IMG/VR virus record: IMGVR_UViG_3300024346_008124
Span: 1 to 64,000 of that record
Source: a virus
DNA: 64,000 bases
Reading direction: 5' to 3' (one strand)
The notes below the pieces were generated by a model. That model was not told the origin of the DNA, did no database searches, and worked only from the letters and a program-made list of their open reading frames with translations. Below are positions 18,926 to 29,230 of the stretch, piece after piece (within the stretch, counting starts at the first letter, position 1; each line of letters opens with the position of its first letter). A program made the translations under genes and the position numbers.

Positions 18926-19722
18926 AACCGGAAACACACTGTGAAGGATGCGTATTTGCCGTAGAAAGAGACGGTAAGCAATCAGGATGTCAATTATACA
19001 GATCTGAAAAACTGGGGATAAAAGATAACGATGAAGACTTCTATACGCTAGAAAGGTACTGCAACACCTTTCGCCCAGAAGAGTGGCTAACAACGCTATC
19101 TTTAAAAGACCACAAGAATAGACATCAAGTAGTACTAAAAGAAATAGTCTCTAGGGTTGGATTTTTTGTTGTTTTAGATACATCTAAAGAAAACGCCATA
19201 CAAGACCTGCAAATAACCATAGAGGACATAAAAAACCAAACACTGCACAGGGCTAGGTACGTGGTGGTTGTAACAGATAAAACTGAATACAATGAAGAAA
19301 TTCAAAAGATGCTCGTAGAGAATTTTGACCACGACAAAACACTGCATCACCTAATAAAAGTTTCTCACATACCAGAAAAAAAGATGCTTTTAATTGATGA
19401 ATGCTTTAAACACGCTAAAAACGGATGGGTTTATACCACAACTTCCGGGCAGCGGGTTGATCAAGAGTTGATAGAGAAAATAAACCAAAGAGTAAATATA
19501 GATATGAAAAGACTATCTATAGTAAAGCCATACGAAGGTTTTAATGGACTATTGTTTTCAACTCCGCTTTTTAAATTTTTAAACGGAAATAATAAAACCG
19601 CTTATGAAACAGAAGATGGCGAACTTGGATTTGACGATAGACCCTTTTTAGAAAAGGTTGAAGACATGAAAGACGAAACTGGCGAAACTCTTATTACTTG
19701 GGAGGAATTTAATGCTTCCTAA
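18922..19722 (+). CDS. hypothetical protein (Cys-rich N-terminus, possible degenerate GT-A fold)
   Basis: CEGC...C...C N-terminus; IEDIKNQT...YVVVV resembles GT2 strands. Confidence 0.5.
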   Translation: MKPETHCEGCVFAVERDGKQSGCQLYRSEKLGIKDNDEDFYTLERYCNTFRPEEWLTTLSLKDHKNRHQVVLKEIVSRVGFFVVLDTSKENAIQDLQITIEDIKNQTLHRARYVVVVTDKTEYNEEIQKMLVENFDHDKTLHHLIKVSHIPEKKMLLIDECFKHAKNGWVYTTTSGQRVDQELIEKINQRVNIDMKRLSIVKPYEGFNGLLFSTPLFKFLNGNNKTAYETEDGELGFDDRPFLEKVEDMKDETGETLITWEEFNAS

Positions 19723-20446
19723 AATTGCTATTATCTGTGCTAACTATAACTACGGACGGTTTATTATTGAAGGCATGGAAAGTATAAAAAAACAACACTA
19801 CAAAGGCGAGATAAGGCTTTACATTGTAGACGATGGGTCTTCTGACGATTCATGGGAAAAAATATCAGAATTTGCAGAGAAAGATCCTGACTTTGTTTTT
19901 GCTCAAAGAATACAAAACTCAGGCGCTAGTGTGGCCCGTAACACAGCGTTAGCTGCCGCTTGGGAATGGGCTGATATATTTGGCATCCTAGATGCTGATG
20001 ACTCCTATAAGCTGAACAAGGTTGAAAAACTAGTAGAAAAGCTAATGGAATACCCAGAAGTTGGCGTTGCTTATGGAGACTATGATATTCATAGAAACTA
20101 TAGCGATAAACACTATGTAAAATATGAAGCTAAAGACTCATATTGCAGACGAGGATTATCTCAAAGTTGCATGATCCATAGTAACGCGCTTATCAAAAAA
20201 GAGTATTTAGAAAAGGTTGTGCTTCCTAATGGAGAAATCTTTGATAGTAGATTACATGGTCCCGCTAGCCGGGGTTTTATAGGATGTACAGAAGACTACG
20301 ACCTATGGCTAAGGCTGTCTCATTACTGTGTGATCTGCCATGTGCCAGAGTCTCTTTCTATAGTAAACGAAAGTGGTCAAAATCAATCTATGAAAATGAC
20401 ACCGGAAATCTTTCAACAACAAGCTCAGATCTTAGGTAGTAGATAG
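19712..20446 (+). CDS. GT2 glycosyltransferase
   Basis: IICANYNYGRFI, IVDDGSSD, NSGASVARN, ILDADD, EDYDLWLR. Confidence 0.92.
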   Translation: MLPKIAIICANYNYGRFIIEGMESIKKQHYKGEIRLYIVDDGSSDDSWEKISEFAEKDPDFVFAQRIQNSGASVARNTALAAAWEWADIFGILDADDSYKLNKVEKLVEKLMEYPEVGVAYGDYDIHRNYSDKHYVKYEAKDSYCRRGLSQSCMIHSNALIKKEYLEKVVLPNGEIFDSRLHGPASRGFIGCTEDYDLWLRLSHYCVICHVPESLSIVNESGQNQSMKMTPEIFQQQAQILGSR

Positions 20447-21174
20447 TGGCAAGATTTACAAGAGAAATAACAACCAGAGTAAAAAGTAAAAATAACAAAG
20501 ACGATATGGCTGTTATAATACTTTCTGCCGGTGTTGGAAGTAGGATAAAATCAAACGAGCCTAGAAGCTTAATAAAAATAGGCAGCAAAACCCTAATAGA
20601 GCATCAGATAGATTTAATAAACAACAATTTAGTAAACCATGAAATTATTGGAGCATTTGGTTATGCTATAGAAAAAATTATAAAGAAGATACATGGAAAA
20701 ATAAGGGTTGTAGAAAATCAAGTTTATGAAGATACAAATAACTCAGAAAGTCTTAGGCTTGCTGTAAACAATACTAATAAAAATAATATAATGTTTTTTC
20801 ATGGGGACTTATATTTTAACGATTCTATATTTAAAAACATAGATTTTAAAAAATCTTTTTTAGTTATAGATAGAAAAGATATGATGAAATCTAAAGAGAT
20901 AGGGGTCACTATACAAAACAATAAAGCCACAATATTGTCATATGGACTTCCTACAAAGTGGTGTCAAACAGCATTTATCACAGGTAGGGAGTTGAAGATA
21001 TTAAGGAGTATTTTATCAAAACTTCAAGGCAGTCAGAAAAAAATGCTGTCTTTTGAGATAATAAATAAAATGATTTCTATGGGAGCGAATTTTGAATGTT
21101 ATGAACCAAACGATATGTCTATAGTAGAAATAGACTGCATAAAGGACTTAAAGAATGAAAATTTTAATCTGTAG
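20446..21174 (+). CDS. sugar/phosphocholine-type nucleotidyltransferase (LicC/NTP_transf_3-like)
   Basis: IILSAGVGSR, PRSLIKIG, NNSESL, HGDL, EID. Confidence 0.8.
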   Translation: MARFTREITTRVKSKNNKDDMAVIILSAGVGSRIKSNEPRSLIKIGSKTLIEHQIDLINNNLVNHEIIGAFGYAIEKIIKKIHGKIRVVENQVYEDTNNSESLRLAVNNTNKNNIMFFHGDLYFNDSIFKNIDFKKSFLVIDRKDMMKSKEIGVTIQNNKATILSYGLPTKWCQTAFITGRELKILRSILSKLQGSQKKMLSFEIINKMISMGANFECYEPNDMSIVEIDCIKDLKNENFNL

Positions 21175-22207
21175 CGATGGTCGTCACGCACACTACTTCC
21201 AAAGAATGGCTTGGGCAAACGCTTTCGCCGCCGTGGGGTATCAAGTTATGCTGTGGGACTGCAAGACCGTCCCGGCTTTTGACATATTTGATCAGTTTGA
21301 ACCCGATGTGTTTTTGGGGCAGGCTTATAACCTAGACGAAGCTTTAATAAAGTGTATATATGAAAGACCACACCTGAAGGTGGGTCTACGTGCTGGAGAC
21401 TGGGGAGACCAAGAAAAAGAAGTAGACAAGTCTAGGTACAACATTTTGTTCTGCTCCAAGAAAGAAAAAGAACTACTTAAAAAACTCAAAGACGAAACGG
21501 GAAAACCAGACTTTGTACATATTCATTATAATGATGCCGACATTAAAAGAACTCATAACTATTTTGAAACCATCGGAATCAAACCTGTGTCGTTGATGAT
21601 GTGTGCAGATACAGCGGTTTACGGAGACGCTCAGGTTGATCAAAGGCTAACATGTGATATAGGCTTTGTGGGTGGCTATTGGCCTTACAAGGGGCAAGTG
21701 ATTGACCGCTATCTTACTCCACTATTACATCCTCTTGACCGTTACAAGGTAAAAATATTTGGAAACCAGCCTTGGGGGGTAAATCAATACTGCGGACTCA
21801 TAGACGATGGCGATGTCAAAAACCTTTTTAAGTCTGCGAAGATATGTCCAAATCTTAGCGAGCCTCACGCACAGGTATACGGCATAGATGTAAATGAAAG
21901 AATATTTAAGATTCTATATGCGGGCGGCTTCTGTATTAGCGATAATGTAGAAGCATACAAGATGTTTGGTGATGGTATTGTAATTGCAGATTCTCCAGAT
22001 GACTTTAGAGATAAGATTGAATACTATGCAAGCACTGATAAAGGGACGATAGATAGATCTTTTATTATTAAAAATGGTCAGGATTTTGTTACCGAAAACC
22101 ATACTGGCTTTCATAGGATTTCAACAATCATGGAAGCTGTTGGATACAGCGATGTAGCTGGGGAGATTTTGAAAGCTTACAAGGATAAATTAAATGAGCA
22201 AAAGTAA
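21155..22207 (+). CDS. CgeB-like GT-B glycosyltransferase
   Basis: DIGFVG, SAKICPN, VNERIFKILYAGGFCISD, HT. Confidence 0.82.
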   Translation: MKILICSDGRHAHYFQRMAWANAFAAVGYQVMLWDCKTVPAFDIFDQFEPDVFLGQAYNLDEALIKCIYERPHLKVGLRAGDWGDQEKEVDKSRYNILFCSKKEKELLKKLKDETGKPDFVHIHYNDADIKRTHNYFETIGIKPVSLMMCADTAVYGDAQVDQRLTCDIGFVGGYWPYKGQVIDRYLTPLLHPLDRYKVKIFGNQPWGVNQYCGLIDDGDVKNLFKSAKICPNLSEPHAQVYGIDVNERIFKILYAGGFCISDNVEAYKMFGDGIVIADSPDDFRDKIEYYASTDKGTIDRSFIIKNGQDFVTENHTGFHRISTIMEAVGYSDVAGEILKAYKDKLNEQK

Positions 22208-23159
22208 AGTTATTATTACGGGCGGCAGTGGTTTTCTTGGTAAGGCTGTAAACAAAACACTAAAAGACAATTTGTTCTATGACGTTGTGTCTCTTGGTGG
22301 TAAAAGAGATTACGATCTAACAAACCAAAAACAGGTTGACTATCTATATAAAGAACATGAACCAGATATAATTGTTCATTTAGCGGCTAAGGTTGGGGGA
22401 ATAGGTGCCAACAAAGGTAATCCGGGCCTTTTTCTTTATGAAAATCTGGTCATGGGTATGAATCTTATAGAAACCGCCAGAAAGTATGGAAAGCTTAAAA
22501 AGTTTGTAATGATTGGAACGGTTTGTGCGTATCCTAAATTTACACCTGTGCCTTTTAAAGAAGAAGATCTTTGGAACGGATATCCAGAAGAAACTAACGC
22601 GCCATACGGAATCGCTAAAAAAACCCTAACGGAAATGCTAATTGCCTATAATGACCAGTACGGTCTTAACTGCACAAACTTAATTCCTGTCAATATGTAC
22701 GGACCCAATGATCATTTTGACCCCGCGATCAGTCATGTTATTCCCGCTATTATCTTAAAAATAGATAAAGCTATTGATAAAAAAGAAGGCGCTGTTGAGC
22801 TATGGGGTACTGGAAAAGCCAGTAGAGAGTTTCTATACATAAACGACTGTGCGGAAGCTATTAAAAAAGCAGTAGAAATAGACACTACCCCACATCCAAT
22901 AAACATAGGAACAGGCTCTGAGTGTACAATTAAAGACTTAGCCAATAAAATCGGAAGGATGATGAACTACGAAGGATACGTAGGATTTAATACAAATAGC
23001 CTAGACGGACAACCTAGGAGGTGTTTAGATACGTCTAAAGCAAGTAAGGTATTGGGATTTGAAGCTAAAACAGATCTTGATAGAGGGTTGCATGATACAA
23101 TAAGTTGGTACTACAAAAATAAGGAAAAGTTTGTTGATTACTTCGATCATATTCAGTAA
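22194..23159 (+). CDS. fcl: GDP-L-fucose synthase / ColC-like epimerase-reductase
   Basis: TGGSGFLG, HLAAKVGGIGAN, GTVCAYPK, YGIAK, NMYGP, SHVIPA, WGTGKASREFLY. Confidence 0.92.
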   Translation: MSKSKVIITGGSGFLGKAVNKTLKDNLFYDVVSLGGKRDYDLTNQKQVDYLYKEHEPDIIVHLAAKVGGIGANKGNPGLFLYENLVMGMNLIETARKYGKLKKFVMIGTVCAYPKFTPVPFKEEDLWNGYPEETNAPYGIAKKTLTEMLIAYNDQYGLNCTNLIPVNMYGPNDHFDPAISHVIPAIILKIDKAIDKKEGAVELWGTGKASREFLYINDCAEAIKKAVEIDTTPHPINIGTGSECTIKDLANKIGRMMNYEGYVGFNTNSLDGQPRRCLDTSKASKVLGFEAKTDLDRGLHDTISWYYKNKEKFVDYFDHIQ

Positions 23160-23991
23160 AAATAGGCCACTTCAGCTTGACCTATGTTTAAAGAGCATAA
23201 AAAAGAACTTCAAGCAATCTACTAAGAATATTGTTATTTGCAATAACGACGAAGAGTTTGATGAAGCTCATCACACTTTAAAAAGCGAGCATTCAGATGT
23301 TATGTTTTGGAATCAGTCGGACTCTTTATTTCATGACATAAATAGAATGGTTAAACTCCCGCTCAATGATTATATTTGCTTTTTTGTGGACGACTGTATC
23401 TGTTTTAACAAAGTGGATTTACCACAAGACATATTTAATATTCCAGAAATTTGTTGCTTTTCTTTGCGGTTGGGTAAAAATATTTCACAAAGGATGCACG
23501 ACAACAAGGCTTATCCAGATGAACCATATAGCCACGGGCTTGACTCAACCGAAAAATATATGTTTTGGAATAAAACCTCTTACTGCTACGGTTCGTATTG
23601 GTCTTATTCTCACTCTGTTGACGGACATATATTTAAAAAGTCAGATATGCAAAAAATAACGTCTGAACTATGGGAGTTGTCTGAGTTTAAAAACTGGAAA
23701 CAAACACCAAATGAATTTGAATCTGCTATACAGAGATTTTGGCCTTTAAGCCCGCCCGTAATGGTGTGTCCGGTAGAAAGTTGTGTAGTAAATAGCCCAA
23801 ATAACAAAGTTCAAAAAAGTCACGACAATAGATCTGGAGATGTTTTTGACTACGATGAAAAAAAACTGCTTGAAAAATACAATAGTGGTCTTAGAATAGA
23901 CATAGAAGAAACCTGCGCTTATTTAAGACTACCATTTAATAAGATTAAATCCCCCCATACAGAAATTGATATTTTAAAAGGCTTAAAATGA
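23131..23991 (+). CDS. GT-A fold putative glycosyltransferase
   Basis: IIFSKNRPLQL, FFVDD, SLRLG, SVDGHIF, PNEFE. Confidence 0.7.
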   Translation: MLITSIIFSKNRPLQLDLCLKSIKKNFKQSTKNIVICNNDEEFDEAHHTLKSEHSDVMFWNQSDSLFHDINRMVKLPLNDYICFFVDDCICFNKVDLPQDIFNIPEICCFSLRLGKNISQRMHDNKAYPDEPYSHGLDSTEKYMFWNKTSYCYGSYWSYSHSVDGHIFKKSDMQKITSELWELSEFKNWKQTPNEFESAIQRFWPLSPPVMVCPVESCVVNSPNNKVQKSHDNRSGDVFDYDEKKLLEKYNSGLRIDIEETCAYLRLPFNKIKSPHTEIDILKGLK

Positions 23992-24734
23992 ATTACGACT
24001 TAATTATACCGTGTCATCCTAAAGACTATTTTAAGTTAAAATATTGCATTAGTTCCTGTGTAGAATTTTTAAATCCCAAACCTCAAAACATTTACATAGT
24101 TTCTCCAAATGAATTTTCTTTTACATCCCCGTCCATACCTATACACTCTATCCAAGACGAGTTTGCGATAAGAACTGATATAAATGATATTAATTTTCAA
24201 AGAAAAAACTGGATATATCAACAATTCATAAAACTAGGACAGGACTTTACTAAAAATGATATGTATCTATGTGTTGATAGCGATCTCTTCTTTAATAAGC
24301 CTATAGAATTATTCGATGAAGACAAGCCCAAGTTCTTTATAAGCGATAGAGAACAGCACCACCAGCCCTACTTTAACTTCATGAAAATATCTCATGATTT
24401 AGATAGACAGGTAGATCATACTTTTATTAATGACTTTATGATGTTTGACAGAAGTGTTTGCCACGAAATTATTGGTAACGATCTAAGTAACTTGTCGCCA
24501 CTCCTAGGATTCTGTAATAAAAATCTTTCAGACGACTGCCTCCTTTCTGAGTTTGAACTATATGGAAACTATGTTTCTAAGCACTATCCTGATTTGTATG
24601 CAAAACAAAATACAAAAACAAAAATGTTCGGAAGACATGTAAATCAACCTTGGAACGAAAGCGAGATTGATCAATACGTAAAATATATGAAAGATACTGA
24701 CTACGACTTATTCACCATGCATACTTGGACATAA
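23988..24734 (+). CDS. GT-A fold putative glycosyltransferase (DUF6492-like)
   Basis: IPCHPKD, WIYQQFIKL, CVDSD (DxD), SEFELYG. Confidence 0.72.
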   Translation: MNYDLIIPCHPKDYFKLKYCISSCVEFLNPKPQNIYIVSPNEFSFTSPSIPIHSIQDEFAIRTDINDINFQRKNWIYQQFIKLGQDFTKNDMYLCVDSDLFFNKPIELFDEDKPKFFISDREQHHQPYFNFMKISHDLDRQVDHTFINDFMMFDRSVCHEIIGNDLSNLSPLLGFCNKNLSDDCLLSEFELYGNYVSKHYPDLYAKQNTKTKMFGRHVNQPWNESEIDQYVKYMKDTDYDLFTMHTWT

Positions 24735-24735
24735 T

Positions 24736-25587
24736 ATGAGAATTGTAAATACATTTATTTCTGAAACAAACGAAATACCTAAATATACAGAACACTCTCT
24801 TAGGCAAGCTAGGAAATTCAACCCTTCCATTCCTATAGATTTTATATCTCCGTCTCCCGCTGAATATTTTGAAGAATTAAACATTAACTGGATTAACCAG
24901 TCAGGTATAAATAGCGAAGAGCTAAAAAGATTTAAAGAGGTTTCTTGGTTTGACAGACACGGAACACCCAATACAACACATCCTAGCCCGGAAGGGTTTT
25001 GGCAAAAAACAGCAGAAAGAATATTTTACCTTCAGGCTTATATAAAACAAAATAACCTAAATGAAATATTTCACTTTGAAAATGACGTTTTGTTGTACGA
25101 TAGTATAAATGAAATACAAACTACAGATAAATTAACCGTAACACCAATGTCTAGTAGTCATACCACTTTCGCTTTTACTTTTATACCTACGGCAGAAGAG
25201 ATAACTAAACTTTGCTGCTTTTTTAATAACGCCCTTTCTTTCGGAGAGAACAATTTATTATCTTTAGGGTATGACCACATAAGCGAAATGTCTCTTTTAA
25301 ATATGTCACTTAAAAATAACTTGGTTAGCGTGTTTCCCGTCGTACCCGCAGAAGATCAAAAATACGTATTTGATCCGGGGTCGTATGGTCAGCACTTAGG
25401 AGGCACAAACAATGGACATGCAGAGGGGTTTATAGATCCGTCTCACGTCATAGGGGCATATATAAAAACGGGTAAAATAGAAACTAAATTTGAAGAATGT
25501 CCGTATGTAAAATTTAAATACTCAAAAGATTGGTGTAAGGTTTTTAATCTACATGTCCACAGTAAAAACTTAGAGAGGTTTGTATGA
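24736..25587 (+). CDS. putative glycosyltransferase (GT-A, END motif)
   Basis: SLRQAR, FWQKTAERIFYL, HFENDVL, SEM, FDPGSYGQHLGG, NLHVHSK. Confidence 0.65.
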   Translation: MRIVNTFISETNEIPKYTEHSLRQARKFNPSIPIDFISPSPAEYFEELNINWINQSGINSEELKRFKEVSWFDRHGTPNTTHPSPEGFWQKTAERIFYLQAYIKQNNLNEIFHFENDVLLYDSINEIQTTDKLTVTPMSSSHTTFAFTFIPTAEEITKLCCFFNNALSFGENNLLSLGYDHISEMSLLNMSLKNNLVSVFPVVPAEDQKYVFDPGSYGQHLGGTNNGHAEGFIDPSHVIGAYIKTGKIETKFEECPYVKFKYSKDWCKVFNLHVHSKNLERFV

Positions 25588-26339
25588 TTGAAGACTTTAT
25601 AAGCGGAGATAAGTTTAAACAATTTTGTGATTTTGATTTTAGAAATCCTAAATTTAGATCAGACAAAAAATCTTATGTTATATACTCCGATCTAGACCGC
25701 TATGTAGACGCTATAAGCTTTGCCTCTCAGCATAGGGATAGGAATTTTGTTCTTGTTTCTCATAATGGAGACAAGACCGTAAATCATACGGGTCTACCGT
25801 TAAATATAAAGGCTTGGTATACTCAAAACCTAAACTTTGCTCACGATAGAGTTTTCGCTCTGCCTATAGGATTAGAAAATCCCCAGTGGCACCCCGGTAA
25901 AATTCCTCAGATGCTACGTATGACAGAGTCTTCAAAGCGAGTGAGCAAGGGGTTTTGCCAATTTAATCCAGACACATATCCCAAAGAGAGAAAAGACCTA
26001 GTACAAGACCTACAAAACAACCAGATAGAGGTAGATTCATACGAATGTATAAACGGTGAAAAATTCTTTCAATACTTATTTAATTTGAAGATTTATAAAT
26101 ACTGCTTTTGTCCGCGAGGAAACGGAATTGACACACATAGAATTTGGGAAGCTTTATATATGGGGTGTGTGCCAGTTGTAAAAAGACATATAACGCATGA
26201 GTTTTATGGAGATAAACTTCCTATAATGTTTGTAGATGAATGGCAAGATTTTAAAGATGTTGAATTTAAAATAAGTAGTTTTCAAAACCCCATTTTAACA
26301 ATGAAATACTGGAAAAATAAAATATGTCAAAGCCTTTAA
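25584..26339 (+). CDS. exostosin (GT47)-like glycosyltransferase
   Basis: HNGD, LPIGLEN, YCFCPRGNGIDTHRIWEALYMGCVPVV. Confidence 0.82.
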   Translation: MIEDFISGDKFKQFCDFDFRNPKFRSDKKSYVIYSDLDRYVDAISFASQHRDRNFVLVSHNGDKTVNHTGLPLNIKAWYTQNLNFAHDRVFALPIGLENPQWHPGKIPQMLRMTESSKRVSKGFCQFNPDTYPKERKDLVQDLQNNQIEVDSYECINGEKFFQYLFNLKIYKYCFCPRGNGIDTHRIWEALYMGCVPVVKRHITHEFYGDKLPIMFVDEWQDFKDVEFKISSFQNPILTMKYWKNKICQSL

Positions 26340-27262
26340 CAATCGACTTCCGCAATATGTGGGGAGGATTCTTTAAGCACGACAACCTGATAACAAATAC
26401 CCTGTCGCTAGAATATGAAGTCTCTGTAGACGAGCAAAATCCAGACATAGTGGTTTGTCAGGTGTGTCCCAAGAGCCACGGCGCTCCCGATCCCCAATCG
26501 CTTACCCAGTCGTTAAAAGGTAAGTCTAAAATAATCTATTGGCTAGTAGAGTCTATAGATAGAACGGGAGATCCCGACTATTCAAGCTGTGACTTTTCTT
26601 TTTCTTCCTGTCAACACCAAGATCAGAGAAACGTAAGGGTTCCGCTTTGGTCTATGTATGTTAACTGGTTTAAAGACAAGCAAGAAAGCTATATAGAGGA
26701 AAGAAATCAATCATTTCTAGTTTCGCCAACCAAGCTATTGCAGGCAAGAGATCATTCTCAGAAGAATAAGTTTTGTTGTATATTGACAAATAACGACATG
26801 GGCATGAGAAAAGAGGTTTATCCAGCATTTATAGGGCTTGGGATAGAGAACGGATTGCTAGTAGAAAGTAGGGGGCGATACTTAACAAATATGCCAGCTA
26901 TATTAGATGGCGAAAAAGATAAGCTAGAATATATAGATGCATTTAAGTTTAACCTTTGCTACGATAACGGAGAGGCCGCCGGTTGGGTTACTGAAAAACT
27001 AATTCACCCAATATATCAGGGATCTATACCTATCTACTGGGGATGTAGTAACGTTGCTTCAGAGTTTAATCAGGATAGATTTATCCACGCAAGAAACTTT
27101 GACAATCTACAGTCTATGTGGGACAAAGTTATGGAAATAAACTATAATAGAGACTTATTCTTAGATATTCAGTCACAGCCCTGTTTTCCAAACAACACAA
27201 TTCCTGATTGCGCCAATCCAGAATTTTTGATAGAAGAATTTAAGAAAGTGGTGGAAGCATGA
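26324..27262 (+). CDS. GT10 alpha-1,3/4-fucosyltransferase-like
   Basis: DFSFS, RVPLW, KFC, KFNLCYDN...GWVTEKL...IPIYWG, FNQDRFI. Confidence 0.85.
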   Translation: MSKPLTIDFRNMWGGFFKHDNLITNTLSLEYEVSVDEQNPDIVVCQVCPKSHGAPDPQSLTQSLKGKSKIIYWLVESIDRTGDPDYSSCDFSFSSCQHQDQRNVRVPLWSMYVNWFKDKQESYIEERNQSFLVSPTKLLQARDHSQKNKFCCILTNNDMGMRKEVYPAFIGLGIENGLLVESRGRYLTNMPAILDGEKDKLEYIDAFKFNLCYDNGEAAGWVTEKLIHPIYQGSIPIYWGCSNVASEFNQDRFIHARNFDNLQSMWDKVMEINYNRDLFLDIQSQPCFPNNTIPDCANPEFLIEEFKKVVEA

Positions 27263-28419
27263 CAATAAAACTATGTTCTGACATAATAGACAAACAAGAT
27301 ATAAACAACTTGATATCTTGGCTAGAGACTATGCCGAGGCTGACAAAAGGCCAAAAAACGTTAGAGTTTGAACAGATGTTTTCTTCCTACGTTGGGTGTG
27401 AGCATTCTATTTTTTGCAACTCAGGGTCTTCTGCGAACCTACTCATCACTTCTGCTCTAATGCAAAGCGGCATGATGAAAAATGATAAAATTATAGTACC
27501 TCAAGTATCTTGGTCTACAACCGTGTTTCCGGCTATGCAGCTAGGTCTGAAGCCGATAATGTGTGATTGTAACCTTTCAAACCTAGGTATTGATCTAGAT
27601 CATTTTGAATGGCTGGTTAAAAACCATAAACCCGCCGCCGTTATATTGGTGCATGTCTTAGGGCTAGAATCAAATATAGAAAAGGTGACGCAAATATGTG
27701 AGGATCATAATGTTATACTAGTGGAGGATACTTGCGAAAGCTTGGGTTCTTCTGTAGCCGGAAAGAAACTTGGAAATTTTGGGCTAGCTAGTTCTTTTTC
27801 TTTTTACTTTGGGCATCATATATCAACAATTGAAGGAGGTATGGTTTGCACAAATGATAAAGAGTTTGCAGATATTATTAAAATGATAAGAAGTCATGGG
27901 TGGGATAGAGATTTAGATGAAGAGGCAAAACTTAAATACAAGAAACAGTACGGCGTTAAAGAGTTTGACTCTTTGTATAAGTTTTATTATCAGGGTTTTA
28001 ATCTTAGGTCTACTGATTTGCAGGCGGTCATTGGTATAAATCAAATGTCTAAAATAGACAACATATCAAACGTAAGACAAAGAAACTATAATCATTACCT
28101 AAAGTCTATAAAAAGTGAACTATGGAAACCTCACTCACGACAGGAGGTGGTTTCTAATATGGGATATCCATTAATTGTTGGAAATAGAGAGGATTTATCT
28201 AGCGCTTTAGACGATAATGGTGTAGAATGTAGACCACTAGTCTCTGGAAGCATGGGCGCTCAACCAGCTTGGAAAAAAGAGTACGGAGAACTGACTATGC
28301 AGAACGCATCTGTAGTAAATAACAATGGTATGTATGTCCCCAATCATCAAGACTTAACAATTCAAGATATTGACAAAGTTTGCAAAATAATTAACGACAC
28401 AGGAAATCCGCATGTCTGA
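27259..28419 (+). CDS. ColD-like GDP-4-keto-6-deoxymannose 3-dehydratase (DegT family, His instead of Lys)
   Basis: NSGSSANL, EDTCES, SFYFGHHISTIEGG, RSHGW; 386 aa, no RfbH-type Fe-S insertion seen. Confidence 0.8.
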   Translation: MTIKLCSDIIDKQDINNLISWLETMPRLTKGQKTLEFEQMFSSYVGCEHSIFCNSGSSANLLITSALMQSGMMKNDKIIVPQVSWSTTVFPAMQLGLKPIMCDCNLSNLGIDLDHFEWLVKNHKPAAVILVHVLGLESNIEKVTQICEDHNVILVEDTCESLGSSVAGKKLGNFGLASSFSFYFGHHISTIEGGMVCTNDKEFADIIKMIRSHGWDRDLDEEAKLKYKKQYGVKEFDSLYKFYYQGFNLRSTDLQAVIGINQMSKIDNISNVRQRNYNHYLKSIKSELWKPHSRQEVVSNMGYPLIVGNREDLSSALDDNGVECRPLVSGSMGAQPAWKKEYGELTMQNASVVNNNGMYVPNHQDLTIQDIDKVCKIINDTGNPHV

Positions 28420-29230
28420 AATAATCAATCTAATACCAAACAATCCAGATGTACACGTTTATTCTAGAGCCGTAGAGTTATTGTCTGAAAAGCTGGAAGA
28501 AGACTACTCTTTCATAATAAACGTCTGGGATCACGAAATGCCAAAAGATACTAAGTATCCTAAGATTCTTGTATCGACCTCTGATGAGGCTCATAAGATG
28601 CCTAGCCAAGCCTATGATGGCAGCTATGTGCATGTGTTTAAGCAATATCAACCCATGATAAACACAGACGACCCCCTTTCTATAATAACTTCTGACAAAG
28701 TTACCGCCATACCCTTGTGCGAGCTAGATGGTATAGAAGATAAACAAATACCAATCTTGGAAAGAGAATACGACTGGTCTTGGATGGGGCAATTTGACCC
28801 CTACAGAAGAGTAGAATTTAGGAATTCTATAACACAACTAGAAAAAAACGAAAAGTTAAAAAACAAAGTTTTGTGGTATGAGGGATGGAACAATGGAGAA
28901 TCTACAGAATCTTACTGTGACGTTTTAAATCAGACAAAGATTATGCCCGTTCCTCGCGGTTCAGGCAGTCTAGAGTCATTTAGATTTTTTGAAGCTGCTA
29001 GATGTGGCTGTATACCCGTTTGCACTCAGCAGCCTCATGTAGATTTTTATAACGTTGCTCCTTATTTTTCAATTTCTTCTTGGTCTCACTTTGGAGAATT
29101 TGTAGAAAACATGAAACAAAGACAAAGCGAGATGGAATACCTGTCTGAACAGGTTAAAAACTGGCACAAATACTTCTGCTCCCCTCAAGGGCTTGCCGAC
29201 TTTATGTACAAGAGGATTAAAAATGTATAA
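28412..29230 (+). CDS. exostosin (GT47)-like glycosyltransferase
   Basis: YDWSWMGQ, PRGSGSLESFRFFEAARCGCIPV; paralog of 9834-10760. Confidence 0.8.
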   Translation: MSEIINLIPNNPDVHVYSRAVELLSEKLEEDYSFIINVWDHEMPKDTKYPKILVSTSDEAHKMPSQAYDGSYVHVFKQYQPMINTDDPLSIITSDKVTAIPLCELDGIEDKQIPILEREYDWSWMGQFDPYRRVEFRNSITQLEKNEKLKNKVLWYEGWNNGESTESYCDVLNQTKIMPVPRGSGSLESFRFFEAARCGCIPVCTQQPHVDFYNVAPYFSISSWSHFGEFVENMKQRQSEMEYLSEQVKNWHKYFCSPQGLADFMYKRIKNV

